64,000 nucleotides of DNA from Chrysomallon squamiferum. Its lineage: Eukaryota; Animalia; Mollusca. The notes under the pieces are model-generated. The model searched no databases and was not told the DNA's origin. It worked only from the letters and a program-made list of their open reading frames with translations. A program made the position numbers and the translations under genes. Shown here piece after piece: positions 42,001 to 56,850 of this stretch (its first letter is position 1; the number at the start of each line of letters is the position of its first letter). The stretch is from the NCBI GenBank assembly GCA_012295275.1, contig CM022668.1, forward strand, positions 6,262,001 through 6,326,000, in the 5' to 3' direction.

Positions 42001-42537
42001 TCATATAACAAGTAAACACATACACATATATACAGAGAAACATCTCGTAATGAAAGCATGTAAAATTCTAAGAGAAACAATATTTAATTAATTAAAAATT
42101 GCCAGAAAATATTATAATAAATAAAAATCAGAATATTAATAAAATACAAAACAAATGATAAATTCCGATATTAAAAACCCATTCTATCAAACGTCACAAA
42201 TAGTTATTTTATTTAGTTATTTTTTTATTTTAACAACAACAACAAAGTAGTCAGGATAGAATCAATAAATAAGTAAACAAATAAATAAAGTATCAAACTG
42301 TATTGTGGAAAATCGATATAATTTGTAGCTTGCTTAGTGAGTACATCTCACGTAAGGGACCTAACTCTAATCTGTGTTCGTGAACACATATCACTAAAGG
42401 GAGATAAGTCTAATCGATATAATTTTTACTTTGCTTAGTGAGTACATCTCAAGTAATTGACCTAATTATAATCTGTGTTCGTGAACACATATCACTAAAG
42501 GGAGATAAGTCTAAACGATATGATTTTTAGTTTCCTT

Positions 42538-42584
<47 letters not shown>

Positions 42585-43129
42585 ATAATATAGACAAGTA
42601 AACACATACACATATATACAGAGAAACATCTCGTAATGAAAGCATGTAAAATTCTAAGAGAAACAATATTTAATTAATTAAAAATTGCCAGAAAATATTA
42701 TAATAAATAAAAATCAGAATATTAATAAAATACAAAACAAATGATAAATTCCGATATTAAAAACCCATTCTATCAAACGTCACAAATAGTTATTTTATTT
42801 AGTGATTTTTTTATTTTAACAACAACAACAAAGTAGTCAGGATAGAATCAATAAATAAGTAAACAAATAAATAAAGTATCAAACTGTATTGTGGAAAATC
42901 GATATAATTTGTAGCTTGCTTAGTGAGTACATCTCACGTAAGGGACCTAACTCTAATCTGTGTTCGTGAACACATATCACTAAAGGGAGATAAGTCTAAT
43001 CGATATAATTTTTACTTTGCTTAGTGAGTACATCTCAAGTAATTGACCTAATTATAATCTGTGTTCGTGAACACATATCACTAAAGGGAGATAAGTCTAA
43101 ACGATATGATTTTTAGTTTCCTTAATGTT

Positions 43130-43177
<48 letters not shown>

Positions 43178-43714
43178 ATCATATAACAAGTAAACACATA
43201 CACATATATACAGAGAAACATCTCGTAATGAAACCATGTAAAATTCTAAGAGAAACAATATTTAATTAATTAAAAATTGCCAGAAAATTTTATAATAAAT
43301 AAAAATCAGAATATTAATAAAATACAAAACAAATGATAAATTCCGATATTAAAAACCCATTCTATCAAACGTCACAAATAGTTATTTTATTTAGTGATTT
43401 TTTTATTTTAACAACAACAACAAAGTAGTCAGGATAGAATCAATAAATAAGTAAACAAATAAATAAAGTATCAAACTGTATTGTGGAAAATCGATATAAT
43501 TTGTAGCTTGCTTAGTGAGTACATCTCACGTAAGGGACCTAACTCTAATCTGTGTTCGTGAACACATATCACTAAAGGGAGATAAGTCTAATCGATATAA
43601 TTTTTACTTTGCTTAGTGAGTACATCTCAAGTAATTGACCTAATTATAATCTGTGTTCGTGAACACATATCACTAAAGGGAGATAAGTCTAAACGATATG
43701 ATTTTTATTTTTTT

Positions 43715-43751
<37 letters not shown>

Positions 43752-44228
43752 CATAATCATATAGACAAGTAAACACATACACATATATACAGAGAAACAT
43801 CTCGTAATGAAAGCATGTAAAATTCTAAGAGAAACAATATTTAATTAATTAAAAATTGCCAGAAAATATTATAATAAATAAAAATCAGAATATTAATAAA
43901 ATACAAAACAAATGGTAAATTCCGATATTAAAAACCCATTCTATCAAACTTCACAAATAGTTATTTTATTTATTTATTTTTTTATTTTAACAACAACAAC
44001 AAAGTAGTCAGGATAGAATCAATAAATAAGTAAACAAATAAATAAAGTATCAAACTGTATTGTGGAAAATCGATATAATTTGTAGCTTGCTTAGTGAGTA
44101 CATCTCACGTAAGGGACCTAACTCTAATCTGTGTTCGTGAACACATATCACTAAAGGGAGATAAGTCTAATCGATATAATTTTTACTTTGCTTAGTGAGT
44201 ACATCTCAAGTAAGTGACCTAATTATAG
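37540..44228 (+). repeat. Satellite array, ~593 bp unit x ~11.5. Each unit has two copies of a sub-repeat containing the TGTGTTC-gt-GAACACA palindrome and a variable (AT)n
   Basis: Marker ctgtattgt(g/c)gaaaatcgatataatttgtagc recurs near 38125, 38701, 39296, 39919, 40505, 41092, 41722, 42298, 42886, 43477 and 44055; units nearly identical. Confidence 0.97.
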
Positions 44229-44230
44229 AC

Positions 44231-44697
44231 TTTAGACTTATCTCCCTTTAGTGATATGTGTTCACGAACACAGATTATAATTAGGTCACTTACTTGAGAT
44301 GTACTCACTGAGCAAATTAAAAATTATATCGATTAGACTTATCTCCCTTTAGTGATATGTGTTCACGAAACATATTAGAGTTAGGTCCCTTACGTGAGAT
44401 GTACTCACTAAGCAAACTAAACGTTATATCGATTTTCCACAATACAGTTTGATACTTTATTTATTTGTTTACTTATTTATTGATTCTATCCTGTCTACTT
44501 TGTTCTTGTTTAGATGAAAAAATCACTAAATAAAATAATTATTTGTGACGTTTGATAGAATGGGTTTTAATATTAGAATTTATCATTTGTTTTGTATTTT
44601 ATTAATATTCTGATTTTTATTGATTTTAAAACTTTCTGGCAATTTTTAGTTAATTAAATATTGTTTCTCTTAGAATTGTATATGCATTCATTACGAT
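44231..44697 (-). repeat. Inverted, more diverged partial satellite unit abutting the array
   Basis: ttagacttatctccctttagtgatatgtgttcacgaacacagattataattaggtca... is the reverse complement of the satellite unit. Confidence 0.95.
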
Positions 44698-45794
44698 ATG
44701 TAGCATGCATCCCTGCCTACATATTGTGTCAGCCAGTCATAGCCTAACACACACTTTGTTAAGTCTGAAGTCCTAGGAGATCATTGCACACTTACTTCAG
44801 TTTTCATGTAAGAAAAAATACCACGGAACCAGACTTTTGTCACAGCCTGCATTGATCACTGTTAAACAATCATCAATAATTGATGCACCTGACAATTAAC
44901 AATTGGTTGATTTCACTGTTCTTTATTACAGAAACATGCATTCATGTTAGAACTAAATACATCATTTATATGTTAAAATTTACAATTCAACAACAAATTG
45001 GAATAAACATTTTCTACGAATTGGTACTATAACAATGAAAGCTTTATATTCACTGCTATTTGTTTTATAATTTTGCTTTAGAGCTGATTCTGGGGAATGC
45101 AGCTAGGGAGCAAGGTACTGGTTGACACAGAGAAAAACAACAACAGCCTGGAATTAGTTTTCATTGTCAACTGTCTTAACATCTATATTACTCAGCCTTT
45201 TATTAAAACTATTCTAAATTGGTTACAAAACCATCTAAGTGGATATTTTTCTTTTATGTTTAATTGGTACTATTTCTTTGTGCCGTAATAGTTTATTAAA
45301 CTTCTGGTATATTTATTATATGTTAAATTGCTTACTGTTTTTTGTAGATCGGATTATATCTAAATAGGTTTTATGACGCAGAAAACAGATAAATATTCAT
45401 ATTTACATCTATGCTGTAAAAGATCTCACTTACCGAATATAAAATAGAATATAACAAAGTTAAAATGTATTAACTTTCAAAATGTATTAACTTTACAACG
45501 ATAAAAAAAAACCTGTAATTTATATCACATCTAACTGTATCTTGCATATAATTAAAGTATATTTTCTTTGAAAACTTTTAATGTCATTCAGGGGTTAATT
45601 TGCGATCTTTGGATTTTCCAACATAATGTCCATAAAAGCAACTGATACATAAAATTATCTAATGATAGCATAATAATAATAACAGATTTTGAATCATATT
45701 ATTATCCTGATTGCTTAGATGCCAAGTTCAAAAATGTAATTACTTTGTGTCCATAGAAAAATGTCAAACATTTCAGTGATAAATTCTTATATCA

Positions 45795-46715
45795 AAAACA
45801 ATCTATGCAAGTTATAAAACATCTTAATTTAACCAGTTTCTGATTGGCTCATAAACCTCTAATTCTAAACAGAATTGCCCCAAAGATGCTGGAATTAAAA
45901 ATGGCAGAAAATTCGTTTCATGAAAAAAAAGTAGAAAAGTTTTATCTTTTTCAGCCACCTTTATGGATTTTAGTGAATGCATTATAAATAACTTAAATCA
46001 TTATGTGCAGAATTTTATATAGTTAAGGCATGTTCTTAGGTTAATTTGGTTGAAAGTTGTCGCTGTTTTACCTATATCCGTATTCGATCTCTTCATCAAT
46101 TTAGTAAGGAAATTCAACCTGTCTCATGGGCTAATGGTCTTTTTCCAAGTACACATGGCTGACAAACTACGCAAATGGTCCAGAAATGAAGACCAAAATT
46201 GTATAACCAGGAACTGTAAGCAGATGATGTTAGGGATTATCAGCATGTGACTTGTATGTAGTGTGCAGAATATGCAGTGCATATTGTTCTTATTTTACGA
46301 CGTACTTTAATAAATCTCACTGTTAACAACAGGCTTGGATCTGTTGTTAATATAATGATGTCATAGGGTAATGACATTCATAATGCCACCATCATTAAAT
46401 ATTAATAAAATTTTTATAGGTTTAAGCAGTCATTGGTGTTATTAGAATATTTGCAACACCAATGATGACAGGTAACACTTATGACAAACTTGTCAGAGTA
46501 GATACCATGCCATGCTAGGTAAGATTAATTTATTATAATACACAAATATGAATTCATTTAAGTAATTTCCCTTGTTCAGTTTAAGCGTTTTAGGATGCTT
46601 CATTGTTGTACTCCTGAAATGCCATTGGTCCAGTGATAATAATATATTAAATTGTATACTGTGATTAAGTTGGAAGTCGTCATTATCATTTACCCTGAAA
46701 AGAGAATGACGTTTT
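45795..46715. mobile_element. ~0.9 kb unclassified insertion upstream of copy 3
   Basis: Flanks 45753-45791 and 46718 onward are nearly contiguous at the paralogous site 22422-22500. No transposase recognised. Confidence 0.45.
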
Positions 46716-48410
46716 GAATATTACAATGTGATTATTGTTGTTGTTTGTTAATATTCACCTTCTTGTTTAACTGTTATACCCCTTATTCCTAAATTAACGC
46801 GTGGTGTCTTAAGCAAGTACATGTAGTTACTTTTTCATTGTGCAGAATTTGCATATATATAACTAAAATGAAAGGATCTCTTATTTTAAAAATGAACTCA
46901 AGCTATGAAAAATATTATTTCATAGATGATAGCAAGTTGAATTGTTACCATTAGTAACAGAGCATTATCGTCATCATCGTCATCAAAAAGATCAGCTTGT
47001 GATTCTGTTTGTTACATATCTCTTGGGAGTTTATCATCATTTTCGACACAGTTATTGGAAAATATGAACAAAAACACATGAATCACATAATACATTATTA
47101 ACAAGTTTAGAAATGTTAATCCCAGGGGAAACAAATCACTTTAATTTTTCAAACAGCAATTCATGCAGAAGTGTTTCCAGGCTCTTAGTGGTAGACTGCA
47201 ATTTTAAAGGTGCATTCACACGTAGCGATTTGTTAAAATCATAAACTTTCAGCAGAGACTATATGTCAGAATGTGTTAAAACATAATAGTTCTAAATAGT
47301 GTCTTGTAGAACATGGGGAATAAGTTTGTAAAAAGTCAGTTTGAACGATTTAGCAATGATGCCAAACAAATGTATAACCTTTTAATAATGATAATGATGA
47401 TGATGACCGTAATAATCACAAGTACTACTACTAATATCACTCCCATCACTTTTACTAACACAATGTCATACTGCTACCATCACTACCACTACTACTAATA
47501 CTGCTACTGCACCTACAACTATGACTCTACTACAACATCTATCACAACTACTCCAACAAGTACACCACGTACCATTAACACTACTACCACAACTACCACC
47601 ATCACCATCACTAGTACTACCAAAACAAGTTCTGCTGTTACTACTGCTATTACCACACCACCAGCCACAACAATCTCCTAGCTACTACTACCACAATTAC
47701 TACTACTTTTGCTATCACAATAAACACTACTTTTACTAGTAAACTACTGCTGCTACTACTACTGCTATGACTACAATTATCATTAGCATGACTACTACTA
47801 CCTCTACAACTACTACTACCACCACCACTATCACTTCTACTACCCCAACTACAACAAACCACCCCCACTAGTACCACTGCCACCATTACTACTGCAACTA
47901 TCACATCTATCACTACTATTAACACCACCACTATCACAATCTTCACTACCACAGTTACTACTATTTCTACTATCACAATAAACACTACTTTCACTACTGC
48001 TACTACTATCTTTATCACGACTACAATGACTACCTCTACAAATACTACTACAACCACGATAAGTACTACTACTGCAACTACTGTACAAACAGTAATAAAA
48101 TAATCACTTGTATTTTATTGATTTGTGCTCTGTGACAGAACCTTTAGATTATTAGCAGACTGTAAAATCTGTTTTATCTCTGTAGCTATGTTTGCTGCAA
48201 CTGTTATTAATAATTTAAAATCAGTAAAATAAAGAAAAAACAACAGGGTATTATTTCTCTCTTAATTTTGATGAGAAAGGACATTTTATCACTTTTTCAT
48301 ATGATTTGTTAAAAGGATTTGAAATTTGATCTTCTTGCAAATTTCCTCTTCGTTATTTAATTTTAGTTTTGGTATTAAAGAGAGCGAATAGAACAGAAAT
48401 TATTGGAAAC

Positions 48411-51400
48411 ATGTTCAGAATTATTATTGTGTGTCTGTTTTCACTAACTTGTTTGTGGGGACGTTTACAGTACGATGCTGAATTTCAACACCATGTCATA
48501 ACCACGATGTCCCACTCGTCGTTGTATGACTGTTCTGCTGCCTGTGTAATTGATATGTGTTGTAAATCTTTTAACTTCTTTATGTCTACCCTGGAGTGTC
48601 AGCTCAACTACAAAACAGGAGAACAAAGTCCACTAGATTTAGTGACAAAGAAAGGATCAATTTATCAAGACAAAAATTCTATAGACAAGGTGAGATTTCT
48701 TTTCAATTTTTTTTTTTTTTTTTTTTGCAATGATAAAATCGTTACAGTTATTACTACCATCAACACTATTACCACCACTAATATAACAGCCACTACCACT
48801 ACTACTATTATTATAATTTCTATGACTGTCTAGTAATTATTGTTACTACCATTACCACTACTACCATCACTCCATTAATATTACTACCACTACTATTACT
48901 ACAACTAATACTTCTACTACTAGCATTGATATACTATATGACTAATATTGATATACTAGTACTACCATTAAAATTACTGCTGCTTCTACTACAACTACTA
49001 CTGCTACTGCATCTTTTACGTCCCAAATCAGGGGACCATTTCTCATCGGTTTTTAAAATGTTCTCACCTCATCGTAATTCTAACCGTGAATTAACCTATT
49101 TTGAACACTTTTTAATAAGAAAAAAGAAAGAAATTTTCAGTTTGATACTTTCATTAATTTGTTTTGTCATAGTTGTAGCATAATATTGGACTGAATAGTT
49201 TGGTTAGTGGGAAACACCTTTTGCTTCACGTTTACTATCAGAATACATTTATTCTCATTTATCCTAATTAGCAAAATTAATGGGCTAATACTGTTGTAAC
49301 TTCTACTATTACCAATACTGCTACTACTATTACAACTGTTACTACTAGTGTTACCACAATTACAACTGTTAGTACTGTTACTACTTCTATTACAATAACC
49401 ACCACCATCATTAATATTACTACTATTACCACTACTACAACTACTGTTACTACTACTACTACTCTTACTACTCTTACTGTTACTACTACCATTACTACAA
49501 CTACTATAATTTCTACTTTTACTACTACAACTATTACTATTGCTATTGCTACTACTATTACTACTACTACAACTATTACTACTACAACTATTACTACTAC
49601 TGCTATTACTGCTTCCAGTGGAACTAATAATACTACTACAACTATTACTACTACTACTACTACTATTATTAATACTACTGCTATTACTGCTACTACTGTT
49701 ACTATTATGACCACCGCTGCTACTATTATTACTACTACCATTAGTACAACCATTACTACTACTACTACTACTACTACTATTACTACTACTACTACTACTA
49801 TTACTATTACTACTACTACTAAATTCTATCCTTCATTTCTCTTTTATAGTCATTTTGTCTTACTACTACTACAACTACGATTTGTATTACTACTACTACT
49901 GTTACTATTACCATTACTACTACATTCTACAGAAAAAATGAGATCATGTTGTATCCTTCCTTTGATGATAGTTGCCTGTTATATGGTCATTTGGTCTTGT
50001 GTTCTTTTCTTCTTTTTTATTTTTATTTTTATTTTTATTTTGTTTTTTTCAATTCTAGAATTAGTACTAATTCTAATATCAATACAGTACTATTAGTACT
50101 AATTCAGCTGCTGCTAGACAGATATAGATACAGATACACAGAGAGACATACACATGTACATTCAGTGGTGGGATTCAAAATGTTCTTCGGCCAACAGCAT
50201 ATTAGGTTGGAGCTGTTTACTTCCAAAGTAGAAATTATTAATTATACTGATTTTTCCCAAATTTAAAAAACAAAACAATTCAAGTTCAAAAAGTGTCTAA
50301 AACAATGTTTAAAGCATCAGTATATTAACATTGAGGAGATTGTTTATGGTTTCTGACTGGGTGAAATGAAGATAGATGTAACAGCTGGACTGCCAATCTC
50401 ATCTATGTGTAGAGTTTGAGAATTCTTTATCTAAAATGCTTGAGACTGGAAGAATTTCAGATTTTGGCATTTTTCAGATGTAGAGATACAAGGAGTTAGC
50501 CTGAATATTTATTTATATTTATATTCAAATAGTCTGCAGAATTCTGTTTTAAAAAAAAAAAAAAATTTTTTAAATAGTTTTGTGCATGAAATAATGTTAG
50601 TGAATGCAAAGCAATCTGATAAGTGTATCATTAATTCTGCTACTCTGCTTGGAGAAAGTTTCTGACTTCGGAGCTTTTTGTATTTCAGATAAGGGATCCT
50701 TGACATGTATATATATATATATCTGTGTGTTTATGTACGTATATATGAATTAATTTAGGATTGAATATTCTATTTTATGGACATCTGATTAGGCCCTGGA
50801 TAGAAACAATATTTGTGAAAGCACTGGCACAATCACAAACCCTGTTAAATGCCACTGACTAGACTATAATTTATAGCAAAGTTTTTTGTGTGGCAAAGAT
50901 TGCATTCTGATATCATCTTAGATCAAGGACATGACATTTGAAGATGTTTTAAGAGGAAAAGTAATTGTTATGTATGTGTATTTTACAGATAATTTGGGAA
51001 TATATATAAACATACAGCTAAATTTATTTACATATACATGTACCTATATATGTATGTGTTAGTATTTATCTGTCTCAGTGTGAAAACATGTTTGCATGAT
51101 TACATCAAAAATAGACAAATTATAGCTTGTATACAGAGAGGCAGACAAGCTACTGTTAAGAGAAACTTTTTTTTTTGCAGTCAGTAGCTGGGGCTTGTGG
51201 ATTTGAAACCTGCTTTTCTGGCTCAAAGTGCCATGTTCACAAAGACGTGAATCAAACTAAATGTGTACCTTATAGCAGTGAGATAAAGATTTTACCTGTT
51301 CAAAGCAATAGAACATCCCTCAGCAATTCTGGTAAATATTTATTTCTTAAACTTGAACTTACAACTGTTACTACTTCTACTACTAGTACTACTACTGTTA

Positions 51401-51425
51401 CTACTTCAATTACTACTACCACATA

Positions 51426-51473
<48 letters not shown>

Positions 51474-51698
51474 GTGTTGTTGTTGTTGTTGTTGTTGTTA
51501 CTGTGATGATGATGGTAATGATAATGATGATGGTGATATTAATAATACAAAGAAGTCGGTATCTAGGTATATGCATCTACATATGTATATAGCTGTGTCT
51601 GCTTGTCTATTTGCTATGCAGATTGTATGTATCTATGTATATCTGTCTCTCTGTCTATCTTTCTGTATCTGTTTGTAGCTATGTGTTAGTGGTCTTGT

Positions 51699-51740
<42 letters not shown>

Positions 51741-52943
51741 AAAGGAACAGTGTATATATATTTAATATTTAAAATAATGAATGTATTTCAGAAATATTTT
51801 CCATTCCTCTGACTAGTAAAGGATCAAACAACTGCAATGGAACTTACAAGCTGACTGCATTGAAATTAGAAGATTTTTGTTTGATGACCACAGATTGTGG
51901 AGGCTGGCTGGTATGTTGTTTGACAAACTTGTTTTAGTCACTATGGTAACATGCTTAGAGATGTGTTGGTTGTGTTGCTCTGGTGATACTATTCAGCTGT
52001 ATTGACCTGTTTAATTTGACTACTTATACTTTCAAAAGCAGCAGCTGCAGGCAGAGTTAGAAATAGTGGCAGTACTAATAGTAGCACTAGTATTAGAAGC
52101 AATTGTTGTAGTAGGTGTACTTGTAGTAACAGTAGCAGTAGTACTTGTTATTCTTGTATTTGTAGTAATACTATTAGGAGGAGTAGTATTTGTAATGCTT
52201 GTAGTAGACACGTTTGCATTTGTATTAATACTGCTAGTGTTTGTAGTAGTAATATTAGCAGTAGTAGTACTAGTAGTAGCAGCAGTAGTAGTTATGCTGG
52301 TATTTGTAGTAATAATGTTAGGGGTAATGGTGGTGATAGTAGTTGTAGTAATAGTCATAGTAGTAGCAGTTGTTATAGTAGTACAAGTAAAAATAATAGC
52401 AGTAGTGGTACCAGCAGTAGTAGTAGTAATAGGAGTAGTAGTAGCTGTAGGAACAGTTGTAATAGTAACAACAGCAGCAGCAGTAGCAGTAACAGTACTT
52501 GTCAAAGTCATCATGGTATTAGTAGTAGTAGCAGTTCCAGTGGTAGTAACTCAGTAGAGATTGTAATTCTGTTTTTAATCTGCATTTATAGGTAATACAG
52601 AGAAGGATGGATGGATCTACAGACTTCTACAGAACATGGCAGGATTACAAGGAAGGATTCGGAGATGTAGAAAGAGAATTTTGGTTGGGTAAGAAACATT
52701 TGTTGTATTTGATTTGTAAACTTTGAAACAGACAGACACAGTGAATAACAGACAAATACAAAGATAACTAGAAATACATATAACAACAACTAATATGATG
52801 GGTGAGAGACTGACAGACAAATAAATGGACGGATGGATGTCAGGGACAGATGGTAAAAAGAGTAATAAACTGAAAGATAAATTTGTATTTTAATTGTCAG
52901 CTTTCATATACAGTGAAATACCAACCTTACAAATTACCAATTG

Positions 52944-53035
<92 letters not shown>

Positions 53036-54086
53036 TACCCTCTTACCGAAGCTGACCTGGTAACATTACAAAGCTGTAAAACAACAGTTTAAAATATTTA
53101 GCTTCGAATTATTTCAGGAAATGAGAACATCTACAAGATAACAAGTAAACAGAAATATGAGCTACGTGTTGATCTAGAAGACTTTGAAGGAAACAAAAGT
53201 TATGCAATGTACTCGACATTTTCACTGGGTAGTGAGGCGGAGAACTACACTCTACACATTGGATCTTACAGCGGAGACGCAGGTTGGTATGTCATAAGTC
53301 AGTGATAATCATAATGTTTTGTGGTAACTATGAAGAATTTTAATCATTAACCAGGCTTATGTGTTAACTGTGCAAATTGCAGCCTATACTCAGACTCTTA
53401 TGTTAATGGCTATAAAGATAATCATTAACTAGTCATATAATTGATTTGCTCAAAGTTAATTTGTTGATTAAATTCTTTATTGCTTGGTTGTTGGGGGCGG
53501 GGTCTTTGTATTTTTTATTTTTTTTTTATTTTTTTTTTTTTCTTGGGTTTTTGGGGGGTATTTTTTTTTCCAATTTCTTTTTTTTGTTTATCTTCTTCTT
53601 TTTTTCTCTCTTTCTTTTTGTAACGTTTTGATGAGTGGTATGATTCTGACGTGGACGGCCTTTTCCGTATCGCAGTGTTGTTGTTACTGTTGATGTCACT
53701 GATAGCTATGCTGTGATGTCATAATTATTTGTAATATAGTTTCTAATGGCATATATTTATGATGTACTTGTTCTTCCTACAGTTCTTTATCCTATATGTA
53801 TATTTCTTGTGTTTTGTGTTTTCATATTCAAAAAGAAGACTCACTGATCTATCATAACAACACAGCTTTTTCTACTAAAGATAAAGATCTGGATACTTCT
53901 CGAAGAAACTGTGCTGAAATCTATCACGGGGCTTGGTGGTACAAAGACTGCTATTTGTCTAACCTAAATGGCAGGTACCTACAAGGGCTTAATGATAAAG
54001 AAGATGGAATAGTCTGGAGTTTACGGAGAGACACCCAGTACTCTCTGAAGAAGACAGAGATGAAAATAAGACCAGTTCAAACCTGA
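48411..54086 (+). CDS. Secreted PAN/Apple + Cys-rich linker + fibrinogen-related domain protein, copy 3 (~353 aa). Exons 48411-48689, 51181-51331, 51792-51910, 52592-52688, 53118-53282, 53836-54086
   Basis: Same exon sizes and phases as copy 2 (279, 151, 119, 97, 165, 251 nt), open frame, same PAN and FReD motifs; C-terminus [15 protein letters not shown]. Confidence 0.92.
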
Positions 54087-54959
54087 AGATAAATAATTTC
54101 ACCAGGATTACATCAACTTCTTTATCTCTCTATTAAATTAATAATTGGCATGTATTACTTTTTTTTATTTGAAAGCATTGTTATATCAGTTTCCATTGTA
54201 GAAATTTGCAGTTTCCGCTTAGTAAAAATTATTTTACACTCTTAATTTTTAATTAAAATTTTATATTAATATTGTTGTAAATATTTTAAAGGTCCAGATA
54301 AAAAAAAGAAAAAAGATTTCTGTTAAATATCAATTTATATATTTACAAAAATGTTCACAGTAGGATTTTGCTTGACTTTTACAACTATCACCACCATTGC
54401 TGTATTACATTTAGTGCTACAGTTTGGCTTGACTTTTACTAATATTTGTCACTATTATTAGTACAATTTAAATGTTGTTGTTTTTTTTAAATATTTTACA
54501 CTAGTAGAATGTTTTAGAAATCAAATGTGTGCCCTTTTAAAGAAAAAATTTCTTTGCACAGAACAAATATTTAATTGTACAAATTTAGTTAGGCAGGTAT
54601 CGAAAAGATTTACAGAATGAGATCAGACAACTTTATGGAAAGATACCCTAATGAATTACAGTCAGATATCTAAATGAATTATAGTCAGATATCTAAAATC
54701 TTTAATTATAAGCCACGTGGTTAGACGATGAACATTATCCTCATATCAAATATATTTTGGTAGGCATTTTTGTCAAAGCCGAAGCCCCAAGCCTCAGCCC
54801 AGCCTGTTAACATTGTTTATATGGAAGCTTCACTTTCTAACTTTAACTAACATCAAGCTGATCTGGGATACTTATATTATAGCCCATATCATTTTACTGA
54901 AAATTACTTCGGTCTGAAAAATCACTAACAGAACCTTTCAAGTGACACTAGTTTTGAAA

Positions 54960-55680
54960 AAGCAGAAGAAGGTGATAATACATTGATGAAAACTAATGAA
55001 CGCAACCAAAAATTGAACTAAAATTCAACAAGGAGAAGAAACAGAAAAACAACAACCAACCTTACAGTTTTCCCAGAACCCTCTTCAGTGACCTACATTT
55101 CGAAACAGTCCAGATGCAGGAAATGAATTTCACTATGGAACAGATAAATACAGTAAAACAGAAACTAATTACAAAAGATTAATTCAGACAACAACGAGAT
55201 GAAAATAAACAAGAAATAATATATTACCTGAAAGAAATTACTGACAGACTTGAATCCCAAGTATTAACACTGGAAATAGAAAATGATAAGTAAAAAAAAA
55301 AAACAATAAATAAAAACAAAAACCAAGAAAGTAAATGTAATGGCCAAACAGTTGTTGTCCACAGAAAAACTAGCTGCAGATGAAAGTGATTTAGTCAAAT
55401 TAAATGACTTAGAACAAGCTTCAAGGACAAACAATTTGTGCATGTTTGGGATTCAAATATAAATAATTCTGAAAGTGCTGAAAAAACAGTGGATGAAGTT
55501 ATTGTAATACAGCACAGTATTGATGTTACAATAATCAAATAAGATATCAACATTGTACATCACCTGAGACCATTTATGGATAACAAGTGAAAACCAGTCA
55601 TTGTTAAGTTTAAATCTCAGATACACTAAAATCGAGTTCTTTATGACAGACTTAAACTAAAAGAATCAGATGAAGTAGAG
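54960..55680 (+). mobile_element. Decayed LINE ORF1 relic (coiled-coil + RRM type)
   Basis: KLNDLEQASRTNNLCMFGI (compare LEQYSRRNNLRIFGI) near 55397-55453, and INIVHHLRPFMDNK*KPVIVKF (compare IDxAHRLG...RPIIVKF) near 55546-55611. Stops and frameshifts present. Confidence 0.75.
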
Positions 55681-55870
55681 AGCATAACACTACAACAACA
55701 AGATGAAGTAGAGTGTTTACAAAACTACGAGATGAAGTAGAGAGTATAAACAACAAGATGAAGTAGACAGTATCTAACAAAACTACAAGATAAAGTAGTG
55801 TGTTAACAAAACTACAACAAGATGGAGTGTTAACAAAACTATAACAACAAGATGAAGTAGAGAGTGTAAA
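55665..55870 (+). repeat. ~30-35 bp minisatellite
   Basis: Repeated aagatgaagtagag(a/t)gt...aacaaaactac. Confidence 0.85.
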
Positions 55871-56562
55871 ACTGAAAGAAAAAAGTTTTAAAGTAAAACT
55901 ATAGTCCATCATCCTGAATTCCTGAGCAAAACATCAGGCTTTGACTTGAACACAGAATGAGTATATTTTAAATCCTTACGTATGTTTTTGAATTACAAAA
56001 TTAATTAATTTATGTCGCTTATATATTTATAGTTTTCACTAATGGCATTGAGGAGCTAGGTAGTTATAAGAGTTTTACACATGCACACTTGTTAATAGTA
56101 GCGATTAATTTTCAAAAAATGTATTTACTGTGACAGACACGTTTCCGTTTTAGACCATGTATCACATTTGTTCTTTTGTTATCTTAAAACCATCCTCAGT
56201 GTCTTTGATATTTATACATATTTAATTTACACAAGTAATCATTTTCATACTTTTCTTTGTGTACATATATATAAATAAATAAATAAATATATATATATAT
56301 AACTGGGTGGCCCGATATTTTAGTAGTCTTCAAATTCATGCTAAATGTAAACCATTTAATTTTAAATTTTAAACATGTTCGATTTATTTTTAAATAATAC
56401 TTTAGAGAAAAGAGAATGCATATTCCCATAAATTCATAAACAGAGTTAATATTTTATCTTGAGATTTAAAACAGATTTAATTATATAATCTAAATAAGGA
56501 GGTGGTTTCTTAACATTTACTTAAGTCTTAACAGGCTGAGGTTTTGGATGTTTAGCTAAATA

Positions 56563-56850
56563 AATAGTTTAATCTGTTATAGAATCAGTTTTAAATATAT
56601 TAAGCAAAAAGTAAAAATATTAAATTATATAGAGAAAATATCTATATTTGTTTAATCTGTTATAGAATCAGTTTTAAATATATTAAGCAAATATATTGAA
56701 TGTTAAATTATAAAGAGATAACATCTATATTTAGTTTAGGCTGTTATAGAATCAGTTTTAAATGATTTAGTTAAAAGTCAAAATATAAAATTATATAGAG
56801 AAAACATCTACATTTAGTTTAGGCTGTTATAGAATCAGTTTTAAACGTAT
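56563..56850 (+). repeat. ~82 bp tandem repeat x ~3.5
   Basis: ctgttatagaatcagttttaaa near 56574, 56657, 56741 and 56824. Confidence 0.9.

Noticed and set aside
34409-44228. CRISPR-like repeat-spacer appearance of the two arrays
   Set aside because: The context is eukaryotic, units are far too long, spacers are homologous to each other, and no cas genes are present.
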